Shown here piece after piece: positions 17,111 through 26,098 of a DNA stretch of 55,682 bases. Below the pieces are notes generated by a model, which saw nothing but the letters and a program-made list of their open reading frames with translations, made no database searches and was not told where the DNA came from. Each line of letters begins with the position of its first letter. The first letter of the stretch is position 1. Source of the DNA: a virus (lineage: Duplodnaviria; Caudoviricetes); IMG/VR virus record IMGVR_UViG_3300036850_000029, positions 1-55,682 of that record. One strand, 5' to 3'. The position numbers and the translations under genes were made by a program.

Positions 17111-17346
17111 TTCGTGAATTCTTTCGGTGGCATTCCGTATCCAGCCTCTGTCGCCAGCCATTTTAGGCGGTCAGGATCTTGACTAAGTCCAGCACCTGCT
17201 ACGCTTCGGCACCATTTACCCCACGTCTCGCCATCTCGAAAATTCATCACATCCGAGATTGATATGAGACGCAGCGCGGAGAGCCTGCACCATTCCAAAC
17301 CGGGAGGAACTTCGGCGATTGTTTGCTTTGTCATTTCAGCTTTCAT
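17107..17346 (-). CDS. Hypothetical protein
   Basis: Coupled ORF. Confidence 0.5.
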   Translation of the reverse strand: MKAEMTKQTIAEVPPGLEWCRLSALRLISISDVMNFRDGETWGKWCRSVAGAGLSQDPDRLKWLATEAGYGMPPKEFTK

Positions 17347-17354
17347 TTCAAAAT

Positions 17355-17426
17355 TGGCGGTGGCGAGCGCAAGGATACGCCCATAGGTGTAACGCTGTTA
17401 TGAGGCAGCGTCAGCACTTGCCACCA
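17355..17426 (-). ncRNA. Candidate three-way-junction antisense RNA B
   Basis: ~12-bp closing stem with 3' GCCA, hairpin loop CCUCAUAA, UCCUU joiner. Confidence 0.55.
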
Positions 17427-17605
17427 TTCGTTTTGTGCGTCTTTCGATTGGAATAATGTTTGGAAACGTTTCCGGTTCTTAAAGCCAGCCAAAGGATCTC
17501 GTTTACCAGTTCATCCGCAGTAAACGATTGCACTTTTGCCTTTTTGCAGCGATTCAATTCGTCGTTCACAAGAGCGCGTATGGCAGGATGAAGTTTTATG
17601 TTCAC
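17411..17605 (-). CDS. Small DNA-binding (RHH/Arc-like) protein
   Basis: GTG start overlapping upstream TGA; VNIKLHP..R....ELVNEIL pattern. Confidence 0.5.
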   Translation of the reverse strand: MNIKLHPAIRALVNDELNRCKKAKVQSFTADELVNEILWLALRTGNVSKHYSNRKTHKTNGGKC

Positions 17606-17787
17606 GATTCCTTTAGTTCCTCCAAAAACTTCCTTCTCGCTCCTCCATACGATTTCCTGAGCGTCGGCAGTGATCGCTTCACGCACAGCCGCACAACGTC
17701 GCTGAACGACATCCCGATTGAAACTGATGTTGCATCAAGCTCCTCTCTTTCTTTCTGTTCAAACCTCACGGTCGTATTGATCTTCAT
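17602..17787 (-). CDS. Ribbon-helix-helix (CopG/Arc-like) regulator
   Basis: TTVRF...EREELD...IGMSFSDVVRLCV. Confidence 0.7.
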   Translation of the reverse strand: MKINTTVRFEQKEREELDATSVSIGMSFSDVVRLCVKRSLPTLRKSYGGARRKFLEELKES

Positions 17788-17793
17788 GCCGCG

Positions 17794-17822
17794 AGAATGC
17801 ATCGCAACCGAACACGTTGCAA
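17794..17822 (-). promoter_or_regulatory. Promoter of leftward early operon with palindromic operator
   Basis: TTGCAA-N17-CATTCT, ATG 7 nt downstream; GCAAC-N7-GTTGC at 17804-17820. Confidence 0.6.
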
Positions 17823-17870
17823 GCGGTGATTTGGTGGGAGGGAAGAATTAAGGCTGGCTAATCTTCGTGA

Positions 17871-20800
17871 TTAGTTTTTCTTTGGAAACCCTTTTTGAGC
17901 TTCCTGAAACAGTTCCTTCAACGGCAATGTTCTGCCGATTTCCTGAGCGCGTTTGTAAACGTGTTCGGTGACTTTCTGAGGAATGTAGCGACCTTCGTAA
18001 ATGGATTTGGCTTCTCCCTTTGGCAAACCACGAGCCATTAGAATCCCAGCCGCTTCACTTGGTTTCACGCCACGTCTCAGCGCAGCCAAGTAATCCGCTC
18101 TCATCTCCTCCCAGTAAGCGCGACGACGAATCTCTGATTCTCGATAAGCCTCAACGATCTGTTCCGGCGTAGTCGTTTGAGTCCTTGTCGCCACCTGACG
18201 AAACACATCTTCCGCCGCATTGCTGTTCTCCATGTAGGATCGGACTTTGAATCCAAGAGCCGTCTTGAAATTGAACTTCTCAACAGCGATGCCTGTCACT
18301 TCACGAGCAATTTCCTGAGCCGGTTCCAGCTTTCTTCCGAAACGTGGCTGCTCATCTTTCAGTGCCGGGATGATTCGTTTCTGAGCGCGTTGAAGTGTTC
18401 CCGGTTCAAGAGAGGTTACAACGTGAGCCAGACGCTTGCGTGTCTTTACCCAGTCTGAATCGGTTGGATTGAACAGATCACGGCCTGTATCAGTCTTCCC
18501 GTTCCTTGCCTCAGCCGTAGCCTTGATCAACATCTGTTCACTGTACCATGGGCGGAATGTTTCCTTTCCTATCTCGGTCACAATATCGACGACGTCCTTC
18601 CCCTGTCGTATCCCGCTAATAACTGGCGTTGCCAAGTCCGTGACGCCAGCATAGGGATCAAGACGTGATGCGTTGATGTAAGTGATCTCACCTGTCTTCG
18701 GATCTTTGCCCGTGAATATGAGGCGCGAGTTCTTGTCATACGGCGCAAGGAATCGGCGCAGATCATCTTCCTCTTGTGCCGTGATTCCGAGCATCAACTT
18801 TGATACTTCCTGCAATGCCAACGGAGCCGATGCAGCAGCCACTTGTAAGCCCAACCGTTTCCAGCCTGTTTCACGCTCAACAGGATTGGTTGATCGAATC
18901 TCATGAACCGATCTTGCAATGCCGTTCACAACATTACGCCAGACTTGGTAAGGGAAGTTCACGAATGGCCCAACCACGATGTTCTTTCGGAACTCTTTCA
19001 CAATGACCGGCGCTTCCGAGTAGGTTGGGTAAATGTCGCGAACGATTGAAGCGGCTTCAGTGTCAAGCTGTGCATCCGTCCAATCGGGATGAATCCGCTT
19101 TTGCGTGGCTCGCTCATTCAGGAACCCAAAGATGTTACCGAACTCATCAGTGAGCCGGTAGATCTCACCCGGCACTTTCACCAAGGAAGTCTTGAGCGCA
19201 CGCATCAAAGACCAAGACGTTAGTTCGGCTGGTGCCACGTCTTGAAGGTTCGCATCCTTGAATATCTCCCGAAGCTCAGACGCTCGGGCTGTATCCCCGA
19301 TCACGCCGAGCTTGTAGAGTCTGTTCAGGAATGGACGCCATGTCTTGTTGGAGCTTGCGAAGTCGGACCAGACCAGCTTCAGGGCTTGGCTCGCGTATCT
19401 TGGATCAACGTGGCCAGCATGGATTGCCATTGGGACACGGGAAAGCAAGTTGCGCGAATGCGTCATCAGGCTTTGCGCTGTGTTCGCAAACTTAGTCCAC
19501 GCATTGAGCATCAAATAACCGCGAACAAGTCCGCCAATCATTCCCTTCCTCACGACCGGGGTATCCATCGACTTGAACGCATCTGCAATATCCTGACTCG
19601 TTCTCAGTCCCGACAGCGGCGACATGGATTCAGAACCTTCGGCTGCGATTCGCGCATTGAATCCTGGCGGGTTCGATCCTTCCTCGAACAGATAGTTCCC
19701 CATCCCCTTTGCCTTCACTTCCTCAAGGAACTTCTGTTTGGCGACAAACTGAGCCATTTTGCCAACGCTCTTGGCGTAGTTGATGAGTGGATTGCGATAC
19801 TCACCAAGGACAGCGCGTAGTTCTTGCGGTATGTCCTTTCGACGCAGGAACATTGTCAGATCCTTTGATCCGAGCTTACCGCCTGTCCCGAATGACGATT
19901 CGTCCCGAAGATCGCTCAACCAGTTCAACAGTTCCCGTTGGGCTTGTTCCGGTGTGATACCGCGTGCAGTTGAGAGATACTGTTCCGCCCTGATCCTGTC
20001 GCCTATCGGAACCTTCTCATAGAAGTCTGGAGCCGGTGTCTTTTCATCGAAGAACCTGTACGACCGATGAACATACACGTCCATGTTCTTCTGGATTGTC
20101 TCGATCAGATCTCCAAGGCTCTTGGCTTTGGCGCTGTCAGGCTCAAGTCGATTCAATTGCTCAGTCAGCGTGTCGATTGTTTTCTGTGACCATCCTTCAA
20201 TCTGAGAACGCATGGTGTCGAGTTGTCCTCGAATAACGGGTGGAATCTTGGCAGTTTGTTCAGGCGTTGTGCGTCCATGCAGATACTCGTCCATCAGCTG
20301 AACGTCTTCCGGTGGAATGCGCCGTGTTCCGCCACCAGCTCGTTGCGCCCTGCTCAATCCGTAAACATCTCCAAGCGTGTTCAGGAAGTCGCGTTGCGTC
20401 ATTCGGATGTCGAATTCAGCCGCCCTCCGTTGGCCTTCCATGACAGTTTGGAGTTCGTGAACCTCGCGTGGCAACTTTCCAGACACGGTAAAGGCCTGTC
20501 TGGTTTTCTTCATGAACTTGCCAACGGCACCTGTCGGAATGGATGGAGCAGATGGCGTGATGCCCATGGTTGATCCGCGTTCTGACTGCAATGCTTCTGG
20601 TGAGAATGGCGGGGTTACATGTAATTCACCTTTGGCGGCTTCTGGAATGACACTCCCGCGTGGCAGAACTCCTTCGCCACTTTCAGGGGCGGACACTTGC
20701 CCTTGGCCTTCTTGCGCGACTTCTGGCTGGCGCACAGACACATCAGGCGGTGTTGGGCTTTCGATTTGCTGGGCACTTGGTCCTCCTTTGGCTTCCAACT

Positions 20801-22346
20801 CAGTTAGCCTTGTTGTTTGTTCAGGCGTTAATTCAAAACCCGAATCTCGAATCGTCTGCAACGCGTCCAGTTCACTAGCCGTTGACGGTTTCGGTTGCGC
20901 CGGTGCTGTGACTTTCGATGGCTCAGCAGGCGGAACTATTAGTCCGCTATCAATCGGCTCAGTTTTAATAGTTGGAGCTTCCGCTGTCGGCACAGCCGAA
21001 GGTTCGGTTTTAGGAAATGCCACGTCTCGAAACACCCGCGCTTGTTCCCTTGTTAGCTTGGCATCTGGAAAAAGATCCTGAATCTTTTTGATGGTATCAG
21101 CCCGCGCTGCCCGAATTTCTTCAGTAACAACAGTGCGAGGTTCGGCTGGGGTTTCTGGAACAGTCGGCTTTGGCGGCTTGATAACCTCACCCACCAACTC
21201 CCGGGCAGACATTGGCAGCCCTGACCGTGCGGCATCGACAGCCACTCCGATAGTCTGTTGTTCAACCGTTGGTTCAGGCGGAACTAGGGCCACCCCCATT
21301 CGTTGTGCTCTTTGGGCTTCATAACCCCTTAGTCGCGCCAGTTCGGCAGGTGGAATAGGCGTAGTCCCCTGCATTCTGGACTGCGCTTGTTGAGCCACCA
21401 AAAGATTGTCAATGCCGCGCTTATATTCTGGGCTTCCGAAATAGGCATCAACCCTGTCCTTGGCCATCACCTGCCTGACATTGGCCGCAAGATGAGGAAC
21501 CTCAAAGGCTAGGTTCATTCCAACGATTTTGAGCAATTCGCGCTTATACTCCTCTGGATCGTTTTTAAGCAGTTCAACCAACTCGGGAGCCGCGCTGGCC
21601 GTCAAAAGCCCTCCAACGAGCGATTGTGAGCCAACCAGACGCCCTGTAGCTTCCAATGCTCTCGTTGCAACTTCACCGGCACCCATCCTTCCAGCCACCC
21701 GCTGCGCCATGAGTTCCCCTCCAGCCCTTCCAGCAGAACCAACCCCGGGGATCACCGCTCCAATCGCCCCGGCTTTTGCAGCAGCTACCGGATCTCCCGT
21801 CTCAGCGAAGGTTTGAGCATAGAATGGGGCAGCAGTTGCAACGGATGGCGGCACACCGGCAGCCGTTAAGGCAACAGATCCAGCAATCGTCGGGGCTAGC
21901 CGTGCCATCTCAGTCGGTATGACGTTGAGAAGGCTTTCCTTTTGTCCAAACGAAAGAGGCTCTGGCCCAAGTCCAAACTTGGAGATGGCTTCTGCCGGTT
22001 CTCCGCGCATAAGCCGCGACGTAGCACCAGCTAAAGCTTCTCCCGCTGCCGCGAGAGGCTTTCCAATAATCTGTCCCGGGCTTTCTGGCTCTGGATCTCC
22101 CAATGCGGCAGCTACCAATCTTCCCGGTATCCCCAATGGATCGGTAATATCCCGCTTCAGGCTGCTACCAAGTTGCTGTTGTCTGCTAATCAGCGTTGCT
22201 GGATTGTGAGCCAATGGAACCTGAAGCTTGGCTTCTTCCTCTGGAGTGATTGGAGCCTCGAAGCCTTCTTCGTCCTCAACCAATGGGGCATCCTTCCAAG
22301 GTTGGGACGATTCAACTAACGGAGCACTTTCATAAAACTTGGGCAT
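17871..22346 (-). CDS. Large internal virion/ejection protein
   Basis: 1491 aa helical protein at the end of the tail operon (podovirus position). Confidence 0.65.
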   Translation of the reverse strand: MPKFYESAPLVESSQPWKDAPLVEDEEGFEAPITPEEEAKLQVPLAHNPATLISRQQQLGSSLKRDITDPLGIPGRLVAAALGDPEPESPGQIIGKPLAAAGEALAGATSRLMRGEPAEAISKFGLGPEPLSFGQKESLLNVIPTEMARLAPTIAGSVALTAAGVPPSVATAAPFYAQTFAETGDPVAAAKAGAIGAVIPGVGSAGRAGGELMAQRVAGRMGAGEVATRALEATGRLVGSQSLVGGLLTASAAPELVELLKNDPEEYKRELLKIVGMNLAFEVPHLAANVRQVMAKDRVDAYFGSPEYKRGIDNLLVAQQAQSRMQGTTPIPPAELARLRGYEAQRAQRMGVALVPPEPTVEQQTIGVAVDAARSGLPMSARELVGEVIKPPKPTVPETPAEPRTVVTEEIRAARADTIKKIQDLFPDAKLTREQARVFRDVAFPKTEPSAVPTAEAPTIKTEPIDSGLIVPPAEPSKVTAPAQPKPSTASELDALQTIRDSGFELTPEQTTRLTELEAKGGPSAQQIESPTPPDVSVRQPEVAQEGQGQVSAPESGEGVLPRGSVIPEAAKGELHVTPPFSPEALQSERGSTMGITPSAPSIPTGAVGKFMKKTRQAFTVSGKLPREVHELQTVMEGQRRAAEFDIRMTQRDFLNTLGDVYGLSRAQRAGGGTRRIPPEDVQLMDEYLHGRTTPEQTAKIPPVIRGQLDTMRSQIEGWSQKTIDTLTEQLNRLEPDSAKAKSLGDLIETIQKNMDVYVHRSYRFFDEKTPAPDFYEKVPIGDRIRAEQYLSTARGITPEQAQRELLNWLSDLRDESSFGTGGKLGSKDLTMFLRRKDIPQELRAVLGEYRNPLINYAKSVGKMAQFVAKQKFLEEVKAKGMGNYLFEEGSNPPGFNARIAAEGSESMSPLSGLRTSQDIADAFKSMDTPVVRKGMIGGLVRGYLMLNAWTKFANTAQSLMTHSRNLLSRVPMAIHAGHVDPRYASQALKLVWSDFASSNKTWRPFLNRLYKLGVIGDTARASELREIFKDANLQDVAPAELTSWSLMRALKTSLVKVPGEIYRLTDEFGNIFGFLNERATQKRIHPDWTDAQLDTEAASIVRDIYPTYSEAPVIVKEFRKNIVVGPFVNFPYQVWRNVVNGIARSVHEIRSTNPVERETGWKRLGLQVAAASAPLALQEVSKLMLGITAQEEDDLRRFLAPYDKNSRLIFTGKDPKTGEITYINASRLDPYAGVTDLATPVISGIRQGKDVVDIVTEIGKETFRPWYSEQMLIKATAEARNGKTDTGRDLFNPTDSDWVKTRKRLAHVVTSLEPGTLQRAQKRIIPALKDEQPRFGRKLEPAQEIAREVTGIAVEKFNFKTALGFKVRSYMENSNAAEDVFRQVATRTQTTTPEQIVEAYRESEIRRRAYWEEMRADYLAALRRGVKPSEAAGILMARGLPKGEAKSIYEGRYIPQKVTEHVYKRAQEIGRTLPLKELFQEAQKGFPKKN

Positions 22347-22349
22347 AGC

Positions 22350-23132
22350 TCATGGCTTGCGTCGTTGTTTGCCTTCTGGATCAACGAAGATCGTTCCGCT
22401 TGGCAAAGCATCGTATTGTTCAGCCGTTGTGATCGTCGGCATGGAAGCTTTCCTGTCTGTCTCTCCAATCTGCGCCCTCAAATTGATTACCTTCGATCTC
22501 AACGCTTCAACTGGATCTGCCCCAGTTCGGAACGGATTTGCTGGAGTATCCCGAGCTATTAACTCAGCGGCAGCAAGCTCTGCTTCAGCGCCTCTCAGTT
22601 CACGTCTCAATCGCTCCTCTGCTGTATCCTTCGATGTCGTTGCTCTCACCCCAGCCGCTTCAACCGTAGCTTTGTTGCGTTCACTGGCTATCTTCTCCCT
22701 CGACGCAATCCCTGCCGCTGCATCTTCCGCCCTTCTCTTCCGTTCAAGATCGGTCAGTTTATTTTTTTCTAACGCAATCTCACGGTCGAGATTCAACTTT
22801 TGACCGAATTGAAGCACCTTCTGATCTGCCTCAAACTTGTCCTGAAGCGCCCTCTGAGCGTCCCTACCAGTCTGGCTTGCGGCCAACTCCCGCCGTATCG
22901 CCAATTCCTGTTCCCTTGCATCTTGTTCACGGGCGAATTGTTCAGCCGCACGTTCAGCCGCTTGCTGTCTCAATGCCAATTCAGCCGCCTGTGTATCCCG
23001 TTGGATGGCGATCTGTTGCCCCCTCATGGCGTTATCGGCAAGAATATTTCCGATCTGCGCACCGCGCATGGCGATCTCAGACGGCTTAACCGTCTCAGTC
23101 AGCCACGGCGGTAATTGTCCGAATGTTGCCAT
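22350..23132 (-). CDS. Internal virion protein
   Basis: Coiled-coil, A/E/R-rich, position. Confidence 0.55.
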   Translation of the reverse strand: MATFGQLPPWLTETVKPSEIAMRGAQIGNILADNAMRGQQIAIQRDTQAAELALRQQAAERAAEQFAREQDAREQELAIRRELAASQTGRDAQRALQDKFEADQKVLQFGQKLNLDREIALEKNKLTDLERKRRAEDAAAGIASREKIASERNKATVEAAGVRATTSKDTAEERLRRELRGAEAELAAAELIARDTPANPFRTGADPVEALRSKVINLRAQIGETDRKASMPTITTAEQYDALPSGTIFVDPEGKQRRKP

Positions 23133-24325
23133 TATTCAAACGGGTTCGGGCCAAGGAAAAAGTTCATGACATCATCCACGGACTGGGATGACGGCGGCGA
23201 ATAATCAATCTCGCCAAAGTTGAAGTCGAATGGGGTGGCCGCTTGGGCGGGAGCCCCGTAATTAAAATCCTGAATACCAGGTCCGTAATCAATCGGAGAC
23301 TGTGTAAATCCAGTCCCCATGTCAAACATCGGACTCAAAGACGCTCCCCCGAATGAAAATGGCGCTGTGCTGGTAGCCGGAGGAGTAGCGTATGGCGGCT
23401 GATATTGAGCTACAGACGGGGTGAATGATGGACCTGAGAAATTGGGAACAACTGTAACAGCCAGTCCCGATTGCGATTGCTGAGGCGGTGGCGGTCGATA
23501 TCGCGGTCCACCGGGCGCAAATGGACTTTCGGCAGTTGATGTCACCGCATTCCACCCTGGCCCTGTGCCTGTGTCTGTCGTTCCTTTGCCTGGCGTACTT
23601 GGTCTGACCCCCGGCACCCCTGTTGTCCCCGCTGGAGGCACGATGCCTGCCGCCCTCGCCAATTCCGCCATCTCCCTTGCCAAAGCTTCCTCGTACCGCC
23701 CTCGCGCTACTGGATCTGGTGCCGATGCCACCAAGCTCGCGTACAAATCCCGTTGCGTCTGTGCTTCAGGCGAAATGAATGACGTGGCAGGATTCAGGAT
23801 CGGTGACGTGGCAATGCTCGATCTGTTCGCCAACGTCTGATTCGCCAGTTGCGCCCCCTGATTCATGTACTCAAGCGCGTTCAACCCCAGGTTCCTCAAC
23901 CCTTGATTCGCTTGAAACCCGCTGCCAAGCGTCCCCGAAGACACACCGTAGGCAGCCGATTGTTCCTGTAATGCCCTCAAGACTTCAGGCGGAAGCCTGC
24001 CGTTGAGCATGTCCAGAATGTTCGCGCTCTGTTGTGCCGTAATCGCATCATAACCCGGCACAGCGCGGCGTAACTGTTCCAACACTTCACCCTGATTGAA
24101 CTGATTCGTGCGTCCCGATAGATTCGCTATGTCCCCGAAATTCCCAAGGTTCGCCAGAATGGCGTCCAGTTGTGACTGTTGAAGATTTGGCGTGGCAGGT
24201 TTGCTCCCGAACACATCCGATCCGGCCAACCCTCTGTTTGCGCCAATGCCCGTGCTGGTTGAGCTAAAGCCACCAGTCGAACCTCCGCCTCTCAAGATAT
24301 TACGAATTGCCATAGACTCACCCAA
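23132..24325 (-). CDS. Internal virion protein
   Basis: G/Q/N-rich, SAAYG..G.GSG pattern, position. Confidence 0.55.
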   Translation of the reverse strand: MGESMAIRNILRGGGSTGGFSSTSTGIGANRGLAGSDVFGSKPATPNLQQSQLDAILANLGNFGDIANLSGRTNQFNQGEVLEQLRRAVPGYDAITAQQSANILDMLNGRLPPEVLRALQEQSAAYGVSSGTLGSGFQANQGLRNLGLNALEYMNQGAQLANQTLANRSSIATSPILNPATSFISPEAQTQRDLYASLVASAPDPVARGRYEEALAREMAELARAAGIVPPAGTTGVPGVRPSTPGKGTTDTGTGPGWNAVTSTAESPFAPGGPRYRPPPPQQSQSGLAVTVVPNFSGPSFTPSVAQYQPPYATPPATSTAPFSFGGASLSPMFDMGTGFTQSPIDYGPGIQDFNYGAPAQAATPFDFNFGEIDYSPPSSQSVDDVMNFFLGPNPFE

Positions 24326-25316
24326 TGTTAAATGCGTGCCGATTGTCTATCCTGCCATCACCGAAGATTGGCACATTAATGCTGATCCTGTCCCCAGTAT
24401 GAGTGCGCAGTTCATGGTTCAACTCACGAATCGCAGCCTTCTCCAAAGCCAACGATTCAAGCTCCAGATTATCCTCCCGCTTCTTCATAGACTGAATCAT
24501 TGTCCGAATCGCTTCAAGGTTTGGGATAATCAGATAATCCGTGTCCACCCGAGCCGGGATGTATTCGAGCTTCACGATCACGTTCACCTGTTTATCCGAA
24601 CAGCCGCAAGAACCGCACGCTGTCGGCAGATTGCTCAGATACGACCGCCGATACCACGGCTTTGTCTCAGTCGGTTCATAGACGCCAAGCGGCAATTGAT
24701 CTCCGCTATCTGAGTCCACCTGAAACAATCGCACCAACCCATCCGTCAACGGCTTTTGAATCCCCGTGATTCGTGACACGGTAAATGTGCTTTCCACGAA
24801 CGGATCAGCAAGCGTCATTTCAAACCCGTCGCTCATCACCCCGCCGATCACGGTTCGGATGAACACATTGTTTTCGTCGTAACCCTGAACCAAAATCGTT
24901 TTACCGATGTCCGTTGCCTCCGTGTAATACAGGCGCAGTTTTTTGTTCGTGCCTGAGATATCCGCGAATGTCACTGCCATGCCTCGATCAACCATTCTCA
25001 GAGAACATGAACAATCGCTTGGCTGTAATCCAGCCGAGTTGCCCATAAACTCCCACCACTGATTGTGCATTGGCACGGGAGCCTTGCACACGTCCACCAT
25101 TTCAATGGTTGCAATGTGTCGCGGCCAAGTCAGACAACCGTTGCTGACACAGAGTTGTTCCCGAACAATTGTCCCGCACCAACGCCCACGATCAAGCAAC
25201 GCCTTCTGAGCGCGATTCACGTAACCAGTGAAACGAGCATCGGCAGGACAGATCCCAAGAACGGTTTGAATCCCGCTCGACGGATCTTTCGCATCGGCAA
25301 GAGTAGTTCTAATCAT
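24318..25316 (-). CDS. Head-tail adaptor-like protein
   Basis: N-terminal TLADAK...YVNRAQ..L pattern; position. Confidence 0.5.
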   Translation of the reverse strand: MIRTTLADAKDPSSGIQTVLGICPADARFTGYVNRAQKALLDRGRWCGTIVREQLCVSNGCLTWPRHIATIEMVDVCKAPVPMHNQWWEFMGNSAGLQPSDCSCSLRMVDRGMAVTFADISGTNKKLRLYYTEATDIGKTILVQGYDENNVFIRTVIGGVMSDGFEMTLADPFVESTFTVSRITGIQKPLTDGLVRLFQVDSDSGDQLPLGVYEPTETKPWYRRSYLSNLPTACGSCGCSDKQVNVIVKLEYIPARVDTDYLIIPNLEAIRTMIQSMKKREDNLELESLALEKAAIRELNHELRTHTGDRISINVPIFGDGRIDNRHAFNIG

Positions 25317-25849
25317 TGTGGAAACCTGTAATGAGTACGAGCCGTACGCCGGATAAAGTTTACGCCTCTGGCTTCAAGAGTTGCGGCACTTGCAATCACG
25401 GCTGAGTTTGCGTTCAAAGCAAGAACCCCGGCTCCCTTCGGAATCCTGTCAACCCATGCAGCCACAATCTCCCACATAGGACCGCTCGTTGCCGTGACTG
25501 CCTCATCAGACCCTCCATCATACGTTTTAATCGCAGTCGCGTCCCCGTCGTAAAGCGTGATGATGTTCGCCGTTGCGTCCTGTTGCAGCCAGTGAGCCTT
25601 TGCCCAAACCCCATTGAAAAACGAATAATCCCCATCAGGACTCAGATCGCCGTTCAATCTGAACCACGGCTTATCCTGATCGGCTGGGTCCGGCACGCCA
25701 CCCGAAAAGAAACCGTAATTCCACACTGTCAGATCGCCGGGAATGCTGCCGGAAATCGTCTGTTGCATTCCTGTCCACGCCTCTTGTTGGTTGGCAGGAC
25801 AGAAACCTTCCGGCAAAGGTGTGAAGCTAAATTCAACTTGTAGCGCCAT
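25313..25849 (-). CDS. Virion structural protein
   Basis: Position in tail operon. Confidence 0.5.
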   Translation of the reverse strand: MALQVEFSFTPLPEGFCPANQQEAWTGMQQTISGSIPGDLTVWNYGFFSGGVPDPADQDKPWFRLNGDLSPDGDYSFFNGVWAKAHWLQQDATANIITLYDGDATAIKTYDGGSDEAVTATSGPMWEIVAAWVDRIPKGAGVLALNANSAVIASAATLEARGVNFIRRTARTHYRFPQ

Positions 25850-25861
25850 TGGTTTACTTTA

Positions 25862-26098
25862 TCAGGTTACAGGTTCGGCACAAGTCTTGCATTCTTCGGT
25901 ATTTCCAAGCGTGACTCTCACCTTTTGTTTCCTCCACTCAGGATCGTACATATCCTTCAACATCTCATAGTCTTTCCGCTCAAAATGTATCCTGCCGTTA
26001 ATCACAGACCCCACCTTCAACACAGCCGACAAATAACCAATCGGTCGAACCCTCACCTGCTGACCGATCTGGTTAATTGGAAATGAGACGTAACTCAT
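25862..26098 (-). CDS. Hypothetical protein
   Basis: Coupled ORF. Confidence 0.5.
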   Translation of the reverse strand: MSYVSFPINQIGQQVRVRPIGYLSAVLKVGSVINGRIHFERKDYEMLKDMYDPEWRKQKVRVTLGNTEECKTCAEPVT

